A stretch of 64,000 bases of DNA from Bacteroidota bacterium (GTDB lineage: Bacteria > Bacteroidota > Bacteroidia > Flavobacteriales_D > Crocinitomicaceae). Below are positions 29,400 through 40,374 of this stretch, one piece after another (the first letter of the stretch is position 1; each line of letters starts with the position of its first letter). Below the pieces are notes generated by a model. The model was not told where the DNA came from. It searched no databases and was given only the letters and a program-made list of their open reading frames with translations. The position numbers and the translations under genes were made by a program. The stretch lies in the NCBI GenBank assembly GCA_051745635.1, contig JBNJEH010000003.1, positions 19,945 through 83,944 on the forward strand, written 5' to 3'.

Positions 29400-29845
29400 T
29401 GGACTTGCCTAACTTTTCTGTAGACCTAATTAAGCTACATGACGAAAATAATCATCTTTATTGATTTTCTCAAACTCTTGCACTGATTTCATTCTGATAG
29501 AGCTGTGAATTCGCTTTATGTTATACCAAACTTCAATGTAATGAAACAGATCAATTTTAGCTTGATCCTTGGTTAAATAATGTGTTTGATAAACTCTTTC
29601 GACCTTCATTGTCTTAAAAAAACTTTCTGCTACTGCGTTGTCCCAACAGTTTCCTTTTCTTGACATACTTTGAGTTATTAAATGGTCTTTTAAAAGATTT
29701 CTAAACGCATTACAAGCGTATTGAACACCTCTATCAGAATGAAAAATTAGCGGTTTTAAAACGGGTCTATTACTTTTAGCCATTCTCCATGCTGGCATTA
29801 TTGTCTCAATTGCTTTCATACCCTTACTGAAAGACCATCCTATCA
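29400..29845 (-). mobile_element. IS3-family insertion sequence remnant (3' part of OrfB plus right end)
   Basis: IGWS..., IFHSDRGVQY, QSMSRKGNCWDNAVAESFFKTMK and YIEVWYNIKRIHSSI are IS3 integrase-core motifs. The terminus ...GTCTAC...AAGTCCA ends at 29400. The 5' part is missing. Confidence 0.88.
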
Positions 29846-29951
29846 TCCCAGCTCCGCTGCAGGCTTGTCCCGATTTTGAATCGTGCCTGTCTCGATTTAT
29901 ACATAGAGAGTGCACTGCTGCGCTATTAAACATTAACTTAAGTCAATAGCC
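29846..29951 (+). repeat. 106-bp direct repeat (family R, copy 2)
   Basis: 98/106 identical to 31570-31675 by hand comparison; the first 18 nt match the left arm at 27990. Confidence 0.9.
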
Positions 29952-30124
29952 TTATTTCTAACTCAAAATATTTCATTAACTTCATGTAAACCAACAATAA
30001 CCACCATAATGAACAAATGAGAAAAACACACCATTAAAAAGAACGCGACTAATTAGAGCCACGACCACGAGAAGTACCACGAAGTAGCACCGAAGGTAAT
30101 CTCGCGGCAGGGTGGGAACTATAA

Positions 30125-30166
30125 AATGACGGAATTTAAATAAATTACGCTATCATAATGACGGAA
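30125..30166 (+). promoter_or_regulatory. Tandem direct repeat AATGACGGAA x2 (32-bp period), putative operator
   Basis: Identical decamers at 30125-30134 and 30157-30166, just upstream of a TATATTAG -7-like box and the ATPase start. Confidence 0.45.
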
Positions 30167-30207
30167 ATCATATGAAAAACGTATATTAGTAAAGTAAAAA
30201 CGAATTC

Positions 30208-31350
30208 ATGAAGTTCATAAATAGATCCATAGAAGACACAGTTAGAAAATCACTCAAACCCAATAAAGTCGTCATTATTTTAGGAGCAAGAAGAGTTGGT
30301 AAGACAGAATTGATTAAGAGAATTCTTCAAGATGTTGATATGGAGGTATTAAACTTGAATGGTGAAGATGAAGCGGTTCATTCGCTACTTGAGACAAGGT
30401 CAGTCCGTAATTACAAACAGCTACTAGGTAAAGCTGAAATGTTAATCATCGATGAAGCTCAAGTTATTCCTGAAATAGGAAAGAAGCTCAAATTAATGGT
30501 AGATTCAATAGACGGACTGAAGGTCCTGGTTTCTGGATCTTCAGTATTCGATATGAATAATCAGCTTGGAGAACCGCTGGTAGGAAGAAGCATTCCTTTA
30601 CATTTATACCCACTTTCTCAGATTGAGTATGCTCAAAACGAGAATCTATTGGAAACAAAATCAATACTTGAGGAGCGGTTAATATTTGGAAGTTATCCCG
30701 AATTGGAACAGCTGGGGTCGAGAGAAGAGAAAGTGGATTACTTAAAGGAGATTGTTAATTCCTATTTGTTTAAGGACATTCTAGCTTTTGAAGGTATTCG
30801 AAAAAGAGAAAAGATTGTTGCTTTACTACGTATGATCGCATTTAGAGTAGGTAGCGAAATTTCGATTGAAAGCATCGGTAATAAGCTCCAAATGAGTAAA
30901 ACCACAGTAGATAAGTACTTAGATCTATTGTCAAAGGTATTTATTATTCACAGGGTGGGTGGTTTCAGCAGAAACCTTGATAACGAAATAACTAAAAAGG
31001 CAAAATGGTATTTTTACGATAATGGGATAAGAAATGCACTGATCAATAACTTTAACTTGTTAAATGTTCGTGATGATCATGGTAAAATATGGGAGAATTA
31101 CTTGATCTCAGAACGCCTTAAAAAACAAGCATATGAAGGCCCTCAAAGTTTGAATTATTTTTGGAGAACTCATACAAAGCAAGAAATTGATTGGGTTGAG
31201 GAAATTGGGGGTAAGCTCCATGCTTATGAGTTTAAATGGAATGCAAAAACTGCAGCCAAGACTAAAGTTCCGGCTTCATGGAAAAAAGCATATCCAGAAG
31301 CTTCTTTTAAAGTAATTCATCCGGATAACTATTTGGACTTTATCACTTAA
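30208..31350 (+). CDS. AAA_14 ATP-binding protein with DUF4143 domain
   Basis: Walker A ILGARRVGKT, Walker B LIIDEAQ, SGSS, LVGR, GSYP, KWYFYDNGIRN, GKIWEN, YFWRT...EIDWV...AYEFKW. Confidence 0.92.
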   Translation: MKFINRSIEDTVRKSLKPNKVVIILGARRVGKTELIKRILQDVDMEVLNLNGEDEAVHSLLETRSVRNYKQLLGKAEMLIIDEAQVIPEIGKKLKLMVDSIDGLKVLVSGSSVFDMNNQLGEPLVGRSIPLHLYPLSQIEYAQNENLLETKSILEERLIFGSYPELEQLGSREEKVDYLKEIVNSYLFKDILAFEGIRKREKIVALLRMIAFRVGSEISIESIGNKLQMSKTTVDKYLDLLSKVFIIHRVGGFSRNLDNEITKKAKWYFYDNGIRNALINNFNLLNVRDDHGKIWENYLISERLKKQAYEGPQSLNYFWRTHTKQEIDWVEEIGGKLHAYEFKWNAKTAAKTKVPASWKKAYPEASFKVIHPDNYLDFIT

Positions 31351-31569
31351 AAGAAAGGCGAACAAGGCAACAAAGCTAAGTATAGAACCCACCTTAAGTA
31401 TTAACTAAGAATGAAAAATCGAAAAAACCTCTTTACTAAACACTGGATGGCGGATAAACAGGTGAAATGGTCCCACGAACTAAACCACCCAAATCGTTCA
31501 ATATTTTCTATTTTTTTTGCTGAAACACATTCCCTCAAAAACAATTACCATTGCCCCATGCGCATAACT

Positions 31570-31675
31570 CCCCGGCTCCGCTGCAGGCTTCTCCCGATTT
31601 TACATCGTGCCTGTCTCGATTTATACATAGAGAGTGCACCGCTGCGCTATTAAACATTAACTTTATTCAATAGCC
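31570..31675 (+). repeat. 106-bp direct repeat (family R, copy 3)
   Basis: Near-identical to 29846-29951. Confidence 0.9.
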
Positions 31676-31728
31676 ATACTTCCCATCACGTTCGCGGGGA
31701 GATGAATAAGTAATTCTTAACCCTGACT

Positions 31729-33777
31729 TTACTTCTTTTTGTTTTTCATTTTCTCCTGTTGTGCTTTCTGCATTTCTTCGAGGCGCGCCTGGAACTTGGA
31801 TTTCCCTTTTTTACCTCCTTTTTGCTTGTTCTCTTTTTTGGCCGCCATTTTTCCTTTTAATTTCTCTTCATCCACGAAGTAGTTTTTAATCAACAACATG
31901 GTAAGGATGGAAATTAACGTGGAAATAAAGTAGTAATAACTCAGCCCTGATGCATAATTATTGAAGAAAAAGATCATCATGATCGGGAAGAAGTACATGA
32001 TAATTTTCATGTTCGGCATTCCGGGTTGTGAAGGCTGCTGCATATTACTGCTGTTTAAAACCGTGTAGAACAGCGTCGTTCCTGCCATCAACAGCGTAAA
32101 CAAACTGATGTGATCACCGTAAAAAGGAATGTTAAAGCCGAGGTCGACAATGGAGTCATAGCTCGATAAATCTTCTGCCCACAAGAAACTCTCCTGTCGA
32201 AGTGTAAAACTGCTCGGGAAAAAGCGGAAAACGGCGAATAAAATAGGCATCTGGATCAACATCGGAACACAACCGGAAAGTGGACTCGCACCAGATTCGC
32301 GGTAAAGCGTCATCGTTTCCATTTGCTTTTTCATGGCGTCCTCCTTGTCGGGATATTTCTTATTGATTTCCTCGATTTCTGGCTTGAGTATGCGCATTTT
32401 AGCTGACGACGTGTACATTTTCCACTGAATGGGTGTGAGCACTAACTTTACTATAAAAGTCAGCAGTAGAATGGCAATACCCAGGTTCATGCCGTAGCCG
32501 GCCAGCCAGTTAAAAATCGGTTGAATAGCGTACACGTTGATCCATCTGAACAATCCCCAACCGAGATTAATAATGTCCTCCGAACCATTGCCGTATGCCG
32601 TGAGCAGATCGTAATCGTTGGGTCCAAAATACCAGGTCATTTGCGCACGACCATCTCGTGTATCATTTAGATTCAGGTTCATACTGGATGTGTACTTCTT
32701 AATGTGCGTTGAATCTTTTTCAGAGCCTTCCTGGTAAGTTTCAATTTTAAAGTTGGTTCCCGATTTATTAAATGATTTTTCCGGCATGAGAATACTCGAG
32801 AAATAACTCTGTTTGAACGCTACCCAATCGACATCTGTTTCTGCCGCAAATTGGTCGTCCGAGTATTCTGATAAATAGTCGTATGAACCATTTTTCTCCT
32901 TAAAGAAGACAGTCGATGTTCTTCGCTGCTCGGAGAGCAGGCGCTCCGTCTTAAACATTTCTGCGTTCCAGTTCAATTTGACATTCTCAGGCATTACTTT
33001 TCCCTGCAAATTCTTAACATAGATTTCGTAGTTAATATGATAGGCCTCCGGAGCGATAGAGTAGTGGAACTCGATGCGTTCGTCATTTTGAATCGCCGCA
33101 GAAAGGATAATTTCGTTCTCTGACTCTTCTTTGATTTCAAAAGGGAGATGACCCGTTTCTATGGTTTCGCCATCCCGTTTAAAAACGAGTTGATTCGTCG
33201 CCTGTTTAGCGTCAAACAATTGCAGCGGCTCAATCTTTTCGTTCTTATTGTCCGGTTCGTAATTATCGTAAGTCTGGTGCTTTTTGAGAAAAACGGATTT
33301 AACTCCTCCTCCTTTATTAGTCAAAATGACCTTTAAATTTTCATTTTCCAGCTCCAGCTCGCGTGGTTCGAAATTCGCTTTTTGCTGTTTATCGGCTGTT
33401 TCGACAGCAGTAGGTTCCGGTGCAAATACCGTGTCCTGACGCGTTTCTTCGTCTACGTAGATCATGCGCGAACGGTCATCTTTCACAATGTTATTCGCTT
33501 CGTCGCGGACAATTGTATATCCCTCAATGGTTGGTAGACTACTCGCGTTTTTAGTCGTGTCAGCGGTGTTTGTCGTATCACCCTCCGCAATTTCCTCTTT
33601 GCTATTCGCCTGCTCAGACGCACTATCGGAAGCGCTTTTGTTTTCTTCCTGCGCTTCTTGTTGTTCCATTTTAGCTTTCTGCGCTGCTTTTTCAGCTTCT
33701 GTCGGCTGATTGAAATAAGTAAACATCGCTAAAATAACGCCAATGATACCGAGACCTATAATTGTATTTCTATCCAT
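31729..33777 (-). CDS. yidC: Membrane protein insertase YidC
   Basis: MDRNTIIG N-terminal TM, periplasmic domain, YFGPND, GIAILLLTFIVKL, MRILKPEIEEI, SGCVPMLIQMPI, FLWAEDLSSYD, GLSYYY. Confidence 0.95.
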   Translation of the reverse strand: MDRNTIIGLGIIGVILAMFTYFNQPTEAEKAAQKAKMEQQEAQEENKSASDSASEQANSKEEIAEGDTTNTADTTKNASSLPTIEGYTIVRDEANNIVKDDRSRMIYVDEETRQDTVFAPEPTAVETADKQQKANFEPRELELENENLKVILTNKGGGVKSVFLKKHQTYDNYEPDNKNEKIEPLQLFDAKQATNQLVFKRDGETIETGHLPFEIKEESENEIILSAAIQNDERIEFHYSIAPEAYHINYEIYVKNLQGKVMPENVKLNWNAEMFKTERLLSEQRRTSTVFFKEKNGSYDYLSEYSDDQFAAETDVDWVAFKQSYFSSILMPEKSFNKSGTNFKIETYQEGSEKDSTHIKKYTSSMNLNLNDTRDGRAQMTWYFGPNDYDLLTAYGNGSEDIINLGWGLFRWINVYAIQPIFNWLAGYGMNLGIAILLLTFIVKLVLTPIQWKMYTSSAKMRILKPEIEEINKKYPDKEDAMKKQMETMTLYRESGASPLSGCVPMLIQMPILFAVFRFFPSSFTLRQESFLWAEDLSSYDSIVDLGFNIPFYGDHISLFTLLMAGTTLFYTVLNSSNMQQPSQPGMPNMKIIMYFFPIMMIFFFNNYASGLSYYYFISTLISILTMLLIKNYFVDEEKLKGKMAAKKENKQKGGKKGKSKFQARLEEMQKAQQEKMKNKKK

Positions 33778-33792
33778 TTTTCTGTTCTTCCT

Positions 33793-35421
<1,629 letters not shown>

Positions 35422-35431
35422 CTATGGGAGG

Positions 35432-35439
35432 CAAAGATA
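35432..35439 (-). promoter_or_regulatory. Bacteroidota -7 promoter element for pyrG-yidC
   Basis: TATCTTTG on the minus strand, 28 nt upstream of the pyrG ATG. Confidence 0.65.
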
Positions 35440-35589
35440 CAACAATACCAAAGTCTGCGATAGCTGAGTTCAACTTTTTTTAAAGTGAAGCCGAGAATTT
35501 CGATTTTTAATCTGAAAAAGGGGAGGAGAACCCCGTGTAAATTACGAATTGTAACTTTGGTTGGTCGGGTATGGTTGGCAATTACCAAG

Positions 35590-35865
35590 GGAGTATTGAG
35601 CATACAGGGGGTGATACAGGATTGAGCATACAGGATTGAGCATACAGGGGGGTACAGTATTGAGCAAGAGTATTGAGCATACAGAGGGTGATACAGGATT
35701 GAGCATACAGGATTGAGCATACAGGGTGTTTGCACGATCAAAATTCTTGCTCTCTAATCTATCCTCTTGCTCTTTACTCTTGCTGTATGCTCACTACCCT
35801 TGCTGTATGCTCACTACTCTTGCTCTTGCTCCTCACTCTTGCTGTATCCTCTTGCTCTCAACTGT
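35590..35865. repeat. Tandem/inverted short-repeat array (TTGAGCATACAG x6 plus inverted CTGTATGCTCA x2 and CTCTTGCT repeats)
   Basis: Units at 35596, 35622, 35636, 35673, 35699, 35713; a ~58-bp higher-order duplication (35591-35648 vs 35668-35726); complementary arm at 35783 and 35803. Confidence 0.9.
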
Positions 35866-35879
35866 TCTCGTTCGTCCTC

Positions 35880-38800
35880 CTAAAGTCGGACTCCTATAAC
35901 GCAGACGTCATCCACCTGTTCGTGGTCTCCTTTCCAATCGAAAAAAGCATTTTTAATGGCCATTTTTTGATCCTCCATGGGAAGGTGGTGATTCGAGAAA
36001 AGCAATTTTCTGAAGCGCGAAGGTTTGAATTTTTTTGCCTTTTTCGCTCCCGGAGCATAACCAAATTGGTCGCGGTAGCCGTCGCTGAACATGTATATTG
36101 AATCACTGTGGTGCACGTTCAATTTGTGATTAGTAAAAGGCTCCCGCGTCGCAAATTTACCAATGGGTTGATTATCTCCTTTAATTTCGTACAACCGCAG
36201 TGATGGGTATTCATCGAATGAAAATGTTCTGTATTCCGAACTCGTGTCTAAATCCCGATCAACCTGTGTTAAATCGCGAATGATCCAAAGTGGATTATTA
36301 GCTCCCGCAAACTCCAGCGGCAATGGTTCCTTTGTATCGGCAATCTTCTGTTTCGTATTAAAATTGAATTTGCACAGCGCTATATCCATGCCGTCCTTTA
36401 TGTCGTTATCCTGTTTACCAAATTCCGCAATGACCATATCGCGCGTTTGGTTCAGTATCTCTGCGGGCTTTTTGATGCGGTACTCGCGCAAAACCATGTT
36501 TAAGGCGTTATTGCAGACAACGCTTACCATAGCACCTGGAACGCCATGACCAGTACAATCCGCTGCAGCGAGATAAATGTTTTGAATATCCGCGGGTTGT
36601 CCTTTTTTCTCGGTTGCAGCTATATCCTGATTTCCATCAGTTTGTAGCCAGTAAAAGTCGCCGGCTACGATATCTTTTGGAACATAAAACACAAAGTTTT
36701 CCAGGAAAAGATTGTTCAAAATGCGGGGAGAAGGCAGAATCGCCGATTGAATCCGCTTGGAATAATTGATAGAGTCGACGATTTCTTTATTCTTTTCTTC
36801 CAGCAATACTTTTTGATTTTCAGAAATATCGCGTTGATTTTCAGCTTCCTTTTTCTGTGCGGTCACTTCCTCTGTTCGCTGTGCAACCAGCTTCTCCAGT
36901 CGAATATTTTGATTTTTTACGCGCTTAATACTCAGCAGTGCAATGCCATATATGATCAAAACAAGCAACGCAAAATAAATAATGTAGGCCACAGTCGTTC
37001 TGTACCAGGGCGGTAAAATTGTAAATGAAAATTCCACCGTTCTGGAGGTTTGGTCGTAAACGTTGCGGGCTTTTAGATGTAAGGTATATTGTCCTTCATT
37101 GAGGTTGTACTCTTTGGTGTGTCGTTTTGTCCAATCCGACCACTCGTTCTCAAACCCTTCGATGTAATAGGCAAATTGAGTTTCTCCTTCATTTTTAAAA
37201 AAGTTGGTTCCAAATTGAAAACGAATGAGGTTTTGATCTTGAAACGCAATTTCAATTTTTTCAGGTGGAGCAACAGTTCCGTGAAACAGCGTGGAGTCGC
37301 CGTAAGCCATTTTTTGGACATAAACGTTGACAGAGTCGTTGAGCCCCGTTTTTTTATTGGCGTTAAAACTGAGTAATCCTTTTCCATATCCACCAAACCA
37401 GGAAGTTCCGTTCGAGTCGTGAAACATCGAATGAATGATATATTCTTTGTAATCAGCGAAATAATTGGAGTTCCAGACGTATTCACCATCTTTGAGCGCG
37501 GAAAAACCAATATCTGACAAGTTCGTTTGATCGTCGATGAGGACTGCCCAGATATTTCCATCGTGATCCTGATTGATGCGATGCACAACTTTCGGTTCCT
37601 TATCGCCGAACATGTTGAAATCATCACTGTAACTAAATTTTTCTCCGTCGAACTTGAATAATCCTTCGTCTGTGCCTGCGTAGATTTTATTTTCATGCTG
37701 GAACATATAAACCTGTCCTTTGGGCAAACCGTCGCTCGTGTGATAGTGTTCAAAAGAAGGATTCCCATCGTTTAACGCTGCTACGTTAATTTTGTAAATA
37801 CCGTCATCGGGTTTTGTGCCGATCCAGATGTCTCCGTTCGGCTGGACGATAAAATTATAGGGCTCTCCATCTGAAAAATCCTTGATGTAGCGCTTTTTTA
37901 TAAATTGACCGTTTGTGTATTGCAACAGCTGAATGCCATTATAATGCAATACGATCAGTTGATTGCTGTCGAGCGGTGATTGTCTTACACTATACGGACC
38001 TCCTTCAGCAACGGGAACAGGTGAAAAATCGTCATCCAGATAGGAAAGTCGATTTAATTCGGAAATGAAAAGGTACGATTTGTCATCGAATGTGATTTCA
38101 TCGAGCCCAAAACAATCGGTATCAATACCTTCTATTCTGGAAACTTGAAATGTAGAATCAACAATATAGGCGCCACCGTGTGAACTCAAGACCAGGTGAT
38201 CGCGATAAGTGTGCAGAGATTCTATGACAAAGCCTTCAAAATCTTCACCATAACTGAGCACAGGTGACTCGATATCTATTTTTGAGATTCCATTATTTGT
38301 TCCGACCCAAAGTTGATTAAATTGATCTTTAAAAATTGAACGTATCCCATTATCAATAAGTCCGTTGTCATTTTTTATTTCAAAAACGACCTGGAAGGCA
38401 GTATCGACAAGCACGACGCCCCTTGAAAAAGTCCCGATTGCAAAATAATCTTCGTTGACTTTATTCACCTCTTTGATGGTGTAATTCTTTAATTGTTTAA
38501 CTTGTTCGAATCTGCCGTTTTCCTCTTGTCGATAAAAACCGGATTGCTGAGTGACAAAAAGTTGTTCTCCTTTAAAGTCAATAACTGCGCGCAAATGTTT
38601 ATCCTTAAATATATCGCTATTTTTTATTTTAAAGAACCGTTCATTCGCGACTCGATAAAGCCCTGTGCGCGTATCTTGAAAATAGACGGTTTGTTTTGTG
38701 CTCGATGCACCCTGAATCTTTGCAGAACCTGTAGAATCGAGATTTGCCGCATGTGCAGCGAGTACCTTTAGTTTTTTGGATAACAGAAAAAACTGCGAAA

Positions 38801-39233
38801 AAGTCCTGACATAAAAAATCGAATCTTTTTTAAAAATATTGAGGATGGGTTCGTTGTTTTTAGGCAGTATCGCTGAAGTATCGATGTACTGACCGTTCCC
38901 AAATTCATCAAACTGAATCAAACCAAGCCCCGATTCAGTACCTACTAAAAAATCGTTTTCGTTGAAAGGAGCAATCGTACGAATTTGGCTGTTTTTAGGT
39001 GTATCAATCAATCTCCATGTCACGCCGTCGTATTCAATGAGACCTCTCTGGTTGGCAAAATAAAGTAGTCCATTGGCTCCCTGAAAAATATCAAATATCA
39101 CAGGATTAGCGAGATAATCCCTGGGGGAGTAGTTGGTAATGCTGGGCGTTCCGAATTGTTCCAGCCTGGAGAACTGCGACCAACCCATAAAAGAAGTGCC
39201 TACAAAAAGTAGGCACATGAGATACTTCAGCAT
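35880..39233 (-). CDS. Membrane-anchored sensor: two-component-regulator beta-propeller + Y_Y_Y + TM + coiled coil + SpoIIE (PP2C) phosphatase
   Basis: Propeller repeats (GLIEYDG, LWVGTNNG), Y_Y_Y (YYIEGFENEWS..Y.LNEGQYTLHLKA), ILPPWY TM, and PP2C motifs DIVAGDFYW, ADCTGHGVPGA, GMD, SDG..DQFG, DD. Confidence 0.9.
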   Translation of the reverse strand: MLKYLMCLLFVGTSFMGWSQFSRLEQFGTPSITNYSPRDYLANPVIFDIFQGANGLLYFANQRGLIEYDGVTWRLIDTPKNSQIRTIAPFNENDFLVGTESGLGLIQFDEFGNGQYIDTSAILPKNNEPILNIFKKDSIFYVRTFSQFFLLSKKLKVLAAHAANLDSTGSAKIQGASSTKQTVYFQDTRTGLYRVANERFFKIKNSDIFKDKHLRAVIDFKGEQLFVTQQSGFYRQEENGRFEQVKQLKNYTIKEVNKVNEDYFAIGTFSRGVVLVDTAFQVVFEIKNDNGLIDNGIRSIFKDQFNQLWVGTNNGISKIDIESPVLSYGEDFEGFVIESLHTYRDHLVLSSHGGAYIVDSTFQVSRIEGIDTDCFGLDEITFDDKSYLFISELNRLSYLDDDFSPVPVAEGGPYSVRQSPLDSNQLIVLHYNGIQLLQYTNGQFIKKRYIKDFSDGEPYNFIVQPNGDIWIGTKPDDGIYKINVAALNDGNPSFEHYHTSDGLPKGQVYMFQHENKIYAGTDEGLFKFDGEKFSYSDDFNMFGDKEPKVVHRINQDHDGNIWAVLIDDQTNLSDIGFSALKDGEYVWNSNYFADYKEYIIHSMFHDSNGTSWFGGYGKGLLSFNANKKTGLNDSVNVYVQKMAYGDSTLFHGTVAPPEKIEIAFQDQNLIRFQFGTNFFKNEGETQFAYYIEGFENEWSDWTKRHTKEYNLNEGQYTLHLKARNVYDQTSRTVEFSFTILPPWYRTTVAYIIYFALLVLIIYGIALLSIKRVKNQNIRLEKLVAQRTEEVTAQKKEAENQRDISENQKVLLEEKNKEIVDSINYSKRIQSAILPSPRILNNLFLENFVFYVPKDIVAGDFYWLQTDGNQDIAATEKKGQPADIQNIYLAAADCTGHGVPGAMVSVVCNNALNMVLREYRIKKPAEILNQTRDMVIAEFGKQDNDIKDGMDIALCKFNFNTKQKIADTKEPLPLEFAGANNPLWIIRDLTQVDRDLDTSSEYRTFSFDEYPSLRLYEIKGDNQPIGKFATREPFTNHKLNVHHSDSIYMFSDGYRDQFGYAPGAKKAKKFKPSRFRKLLFSNHHLPMEDQKMAIKNAFFDWKGDHEQVDDVCVIGVRL

Positions 39234-39245
39234 AAATATTTAATA

Positions 39246-40172
39246 TCAATTGATAACCAGTCGTTCGACGTGTTTGATTCCGTTGTTGATCACCACGTTG
39301 TAAATTCCTTGCTCCAAACCTTGCGTCGGAAGGTCAATATTGGACTGACCTAAAACTTTCATGGGTTCTACCTTTGCTACGGTCTTACCAGAAATATCTA
39401 CGATTTTGACGTCAATATTTTTCCACACAGTTGAACTGAGGGTGAGCGTTGTATTGCCATTAGAAGGGTTGGGGTACAACTTAATATTTTGAATACTATT
39501 TTCATCTACTGAACTCGTTCCACCTCCCGGATTGAATATGGAGCGATTCGATCGCGGTGTATTATAGTCTTCCTTCGTTGATTGGCAAGGCGTACTCAGT
39601 TCATCCATATCCACCATAATTTCATAGGAAAGACTCGTATCGGCATTCGTATAAAGCCAATCCGTCGTATTCATGCCCTGTGTGCTGTTAATGAGGTCTT
39701 TATCATTGGTTGAGAGATCAAAAATTTCCCAGCATCTGTAATAATTGAATGGCGTTGACCCTTCATAATCTGTCCAGTAAAGTCCTAATTCACCATTTAC
39801 TTCCTCCAGGGTCAAGTGAATAGTGGATGCGCGCGCACTGAGCGGCCCGGCAACACCGTTGACATCAACACCTTGTATTTTATATGAATACGATTGCGCA
39901 TTGGGGTTGGCGGAAAGATCTTGAAATTCACTTAAATTGTCATAATCTACTGTAGCGATTAGATTGTAAGTATTTTGTCCATCGTCTCGATAAATTCTAA
40001 TACTGTCGATAGGGTCAGCAGATACCTGATCGTCGCGATCCCATACGATAATATTGTGAGAAGAAGCTTCATTCACTGTGGCGATACAAATTTCAGTTTG
40101 TGGGCCCTGAGCGAATAAACTTTGGCTGACAATCATCAATGCAGCAGCAAGAAGTAAATATAGATTTTTCAT
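39246..40172 (-). CDS. Secreted protein with FN3-like region and T9SS type A sorting domain
   Basis: Signal peptide MKNLYLLLAAALMIVSQSLFAQ; C-terminal IKLYPNPSNG...IVDISGK...GLEQGIYNV. Start at 40172 with a TATTTTTG box upstream. Confidence 0.85.
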   Translation of the reverse strand: MKNLYLLLAAALMIVSQSLFAQGPQTEICIATVNEASSHNIIVWDRDDQVSADPIDSIRIYRDDGQNTYNLIATVDYDNLSEFQDLSANPNAQSYSYKIQGVDVNGVAGPLSARASTIHLTLEEVNGELGLYWTDYEGSTPFNYYRCWEIFDLSTNDKDLINSTQGMNTTDWLYTNADTSLSYEIMVDMDELSTPCQSTKEDYNTPRSNRSIFNPGGGTSSVDENSIQNIKLYPNPSNGNTTLTLSSTVWKNIDVKIVDISGKTVAKVEPMKVLGQSNIDLPTQGLEQGIYNVVINNGIKHVERLVIN

Positions 40173-40374
40173 AACATAGTTTTTTATAAATTTACAAAAA
40201 TATCGTAATCTACACATATAACGTATTGATTCGTTGATAAGTTGGGTCAATCTGGAAGTTTTGTGTAAAAAAGTTATTGATACCAGCGTAGCTGCCTGGT
40301 CTGAAACAAAAAACACCAGCAGTCAGACTGCTGATGTTCTATTTTTAATCGTCAACCTAAAAAGAAATAATGCC

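Noticed and set aside
31461-31490. Possible IS3-like terminal sequence (TGAAATGGTCCCACGAACTAAACCAC)
   Set aside because: Only loosely resembles IS3-family ends, does not match the IS end at 29400, and no transposase follows; needs an ISfinder search.
31411-31653. 80-aa ORF
   Set aside because: Its 3' part is simply repeat R3 read in frame; no protein-like features.
35590-35730. Possible CRISPR array
   Set aside because: Units are only 12-14 nt, mostly adjacent, with no unique 25-40-nt spacers and no cas genes.
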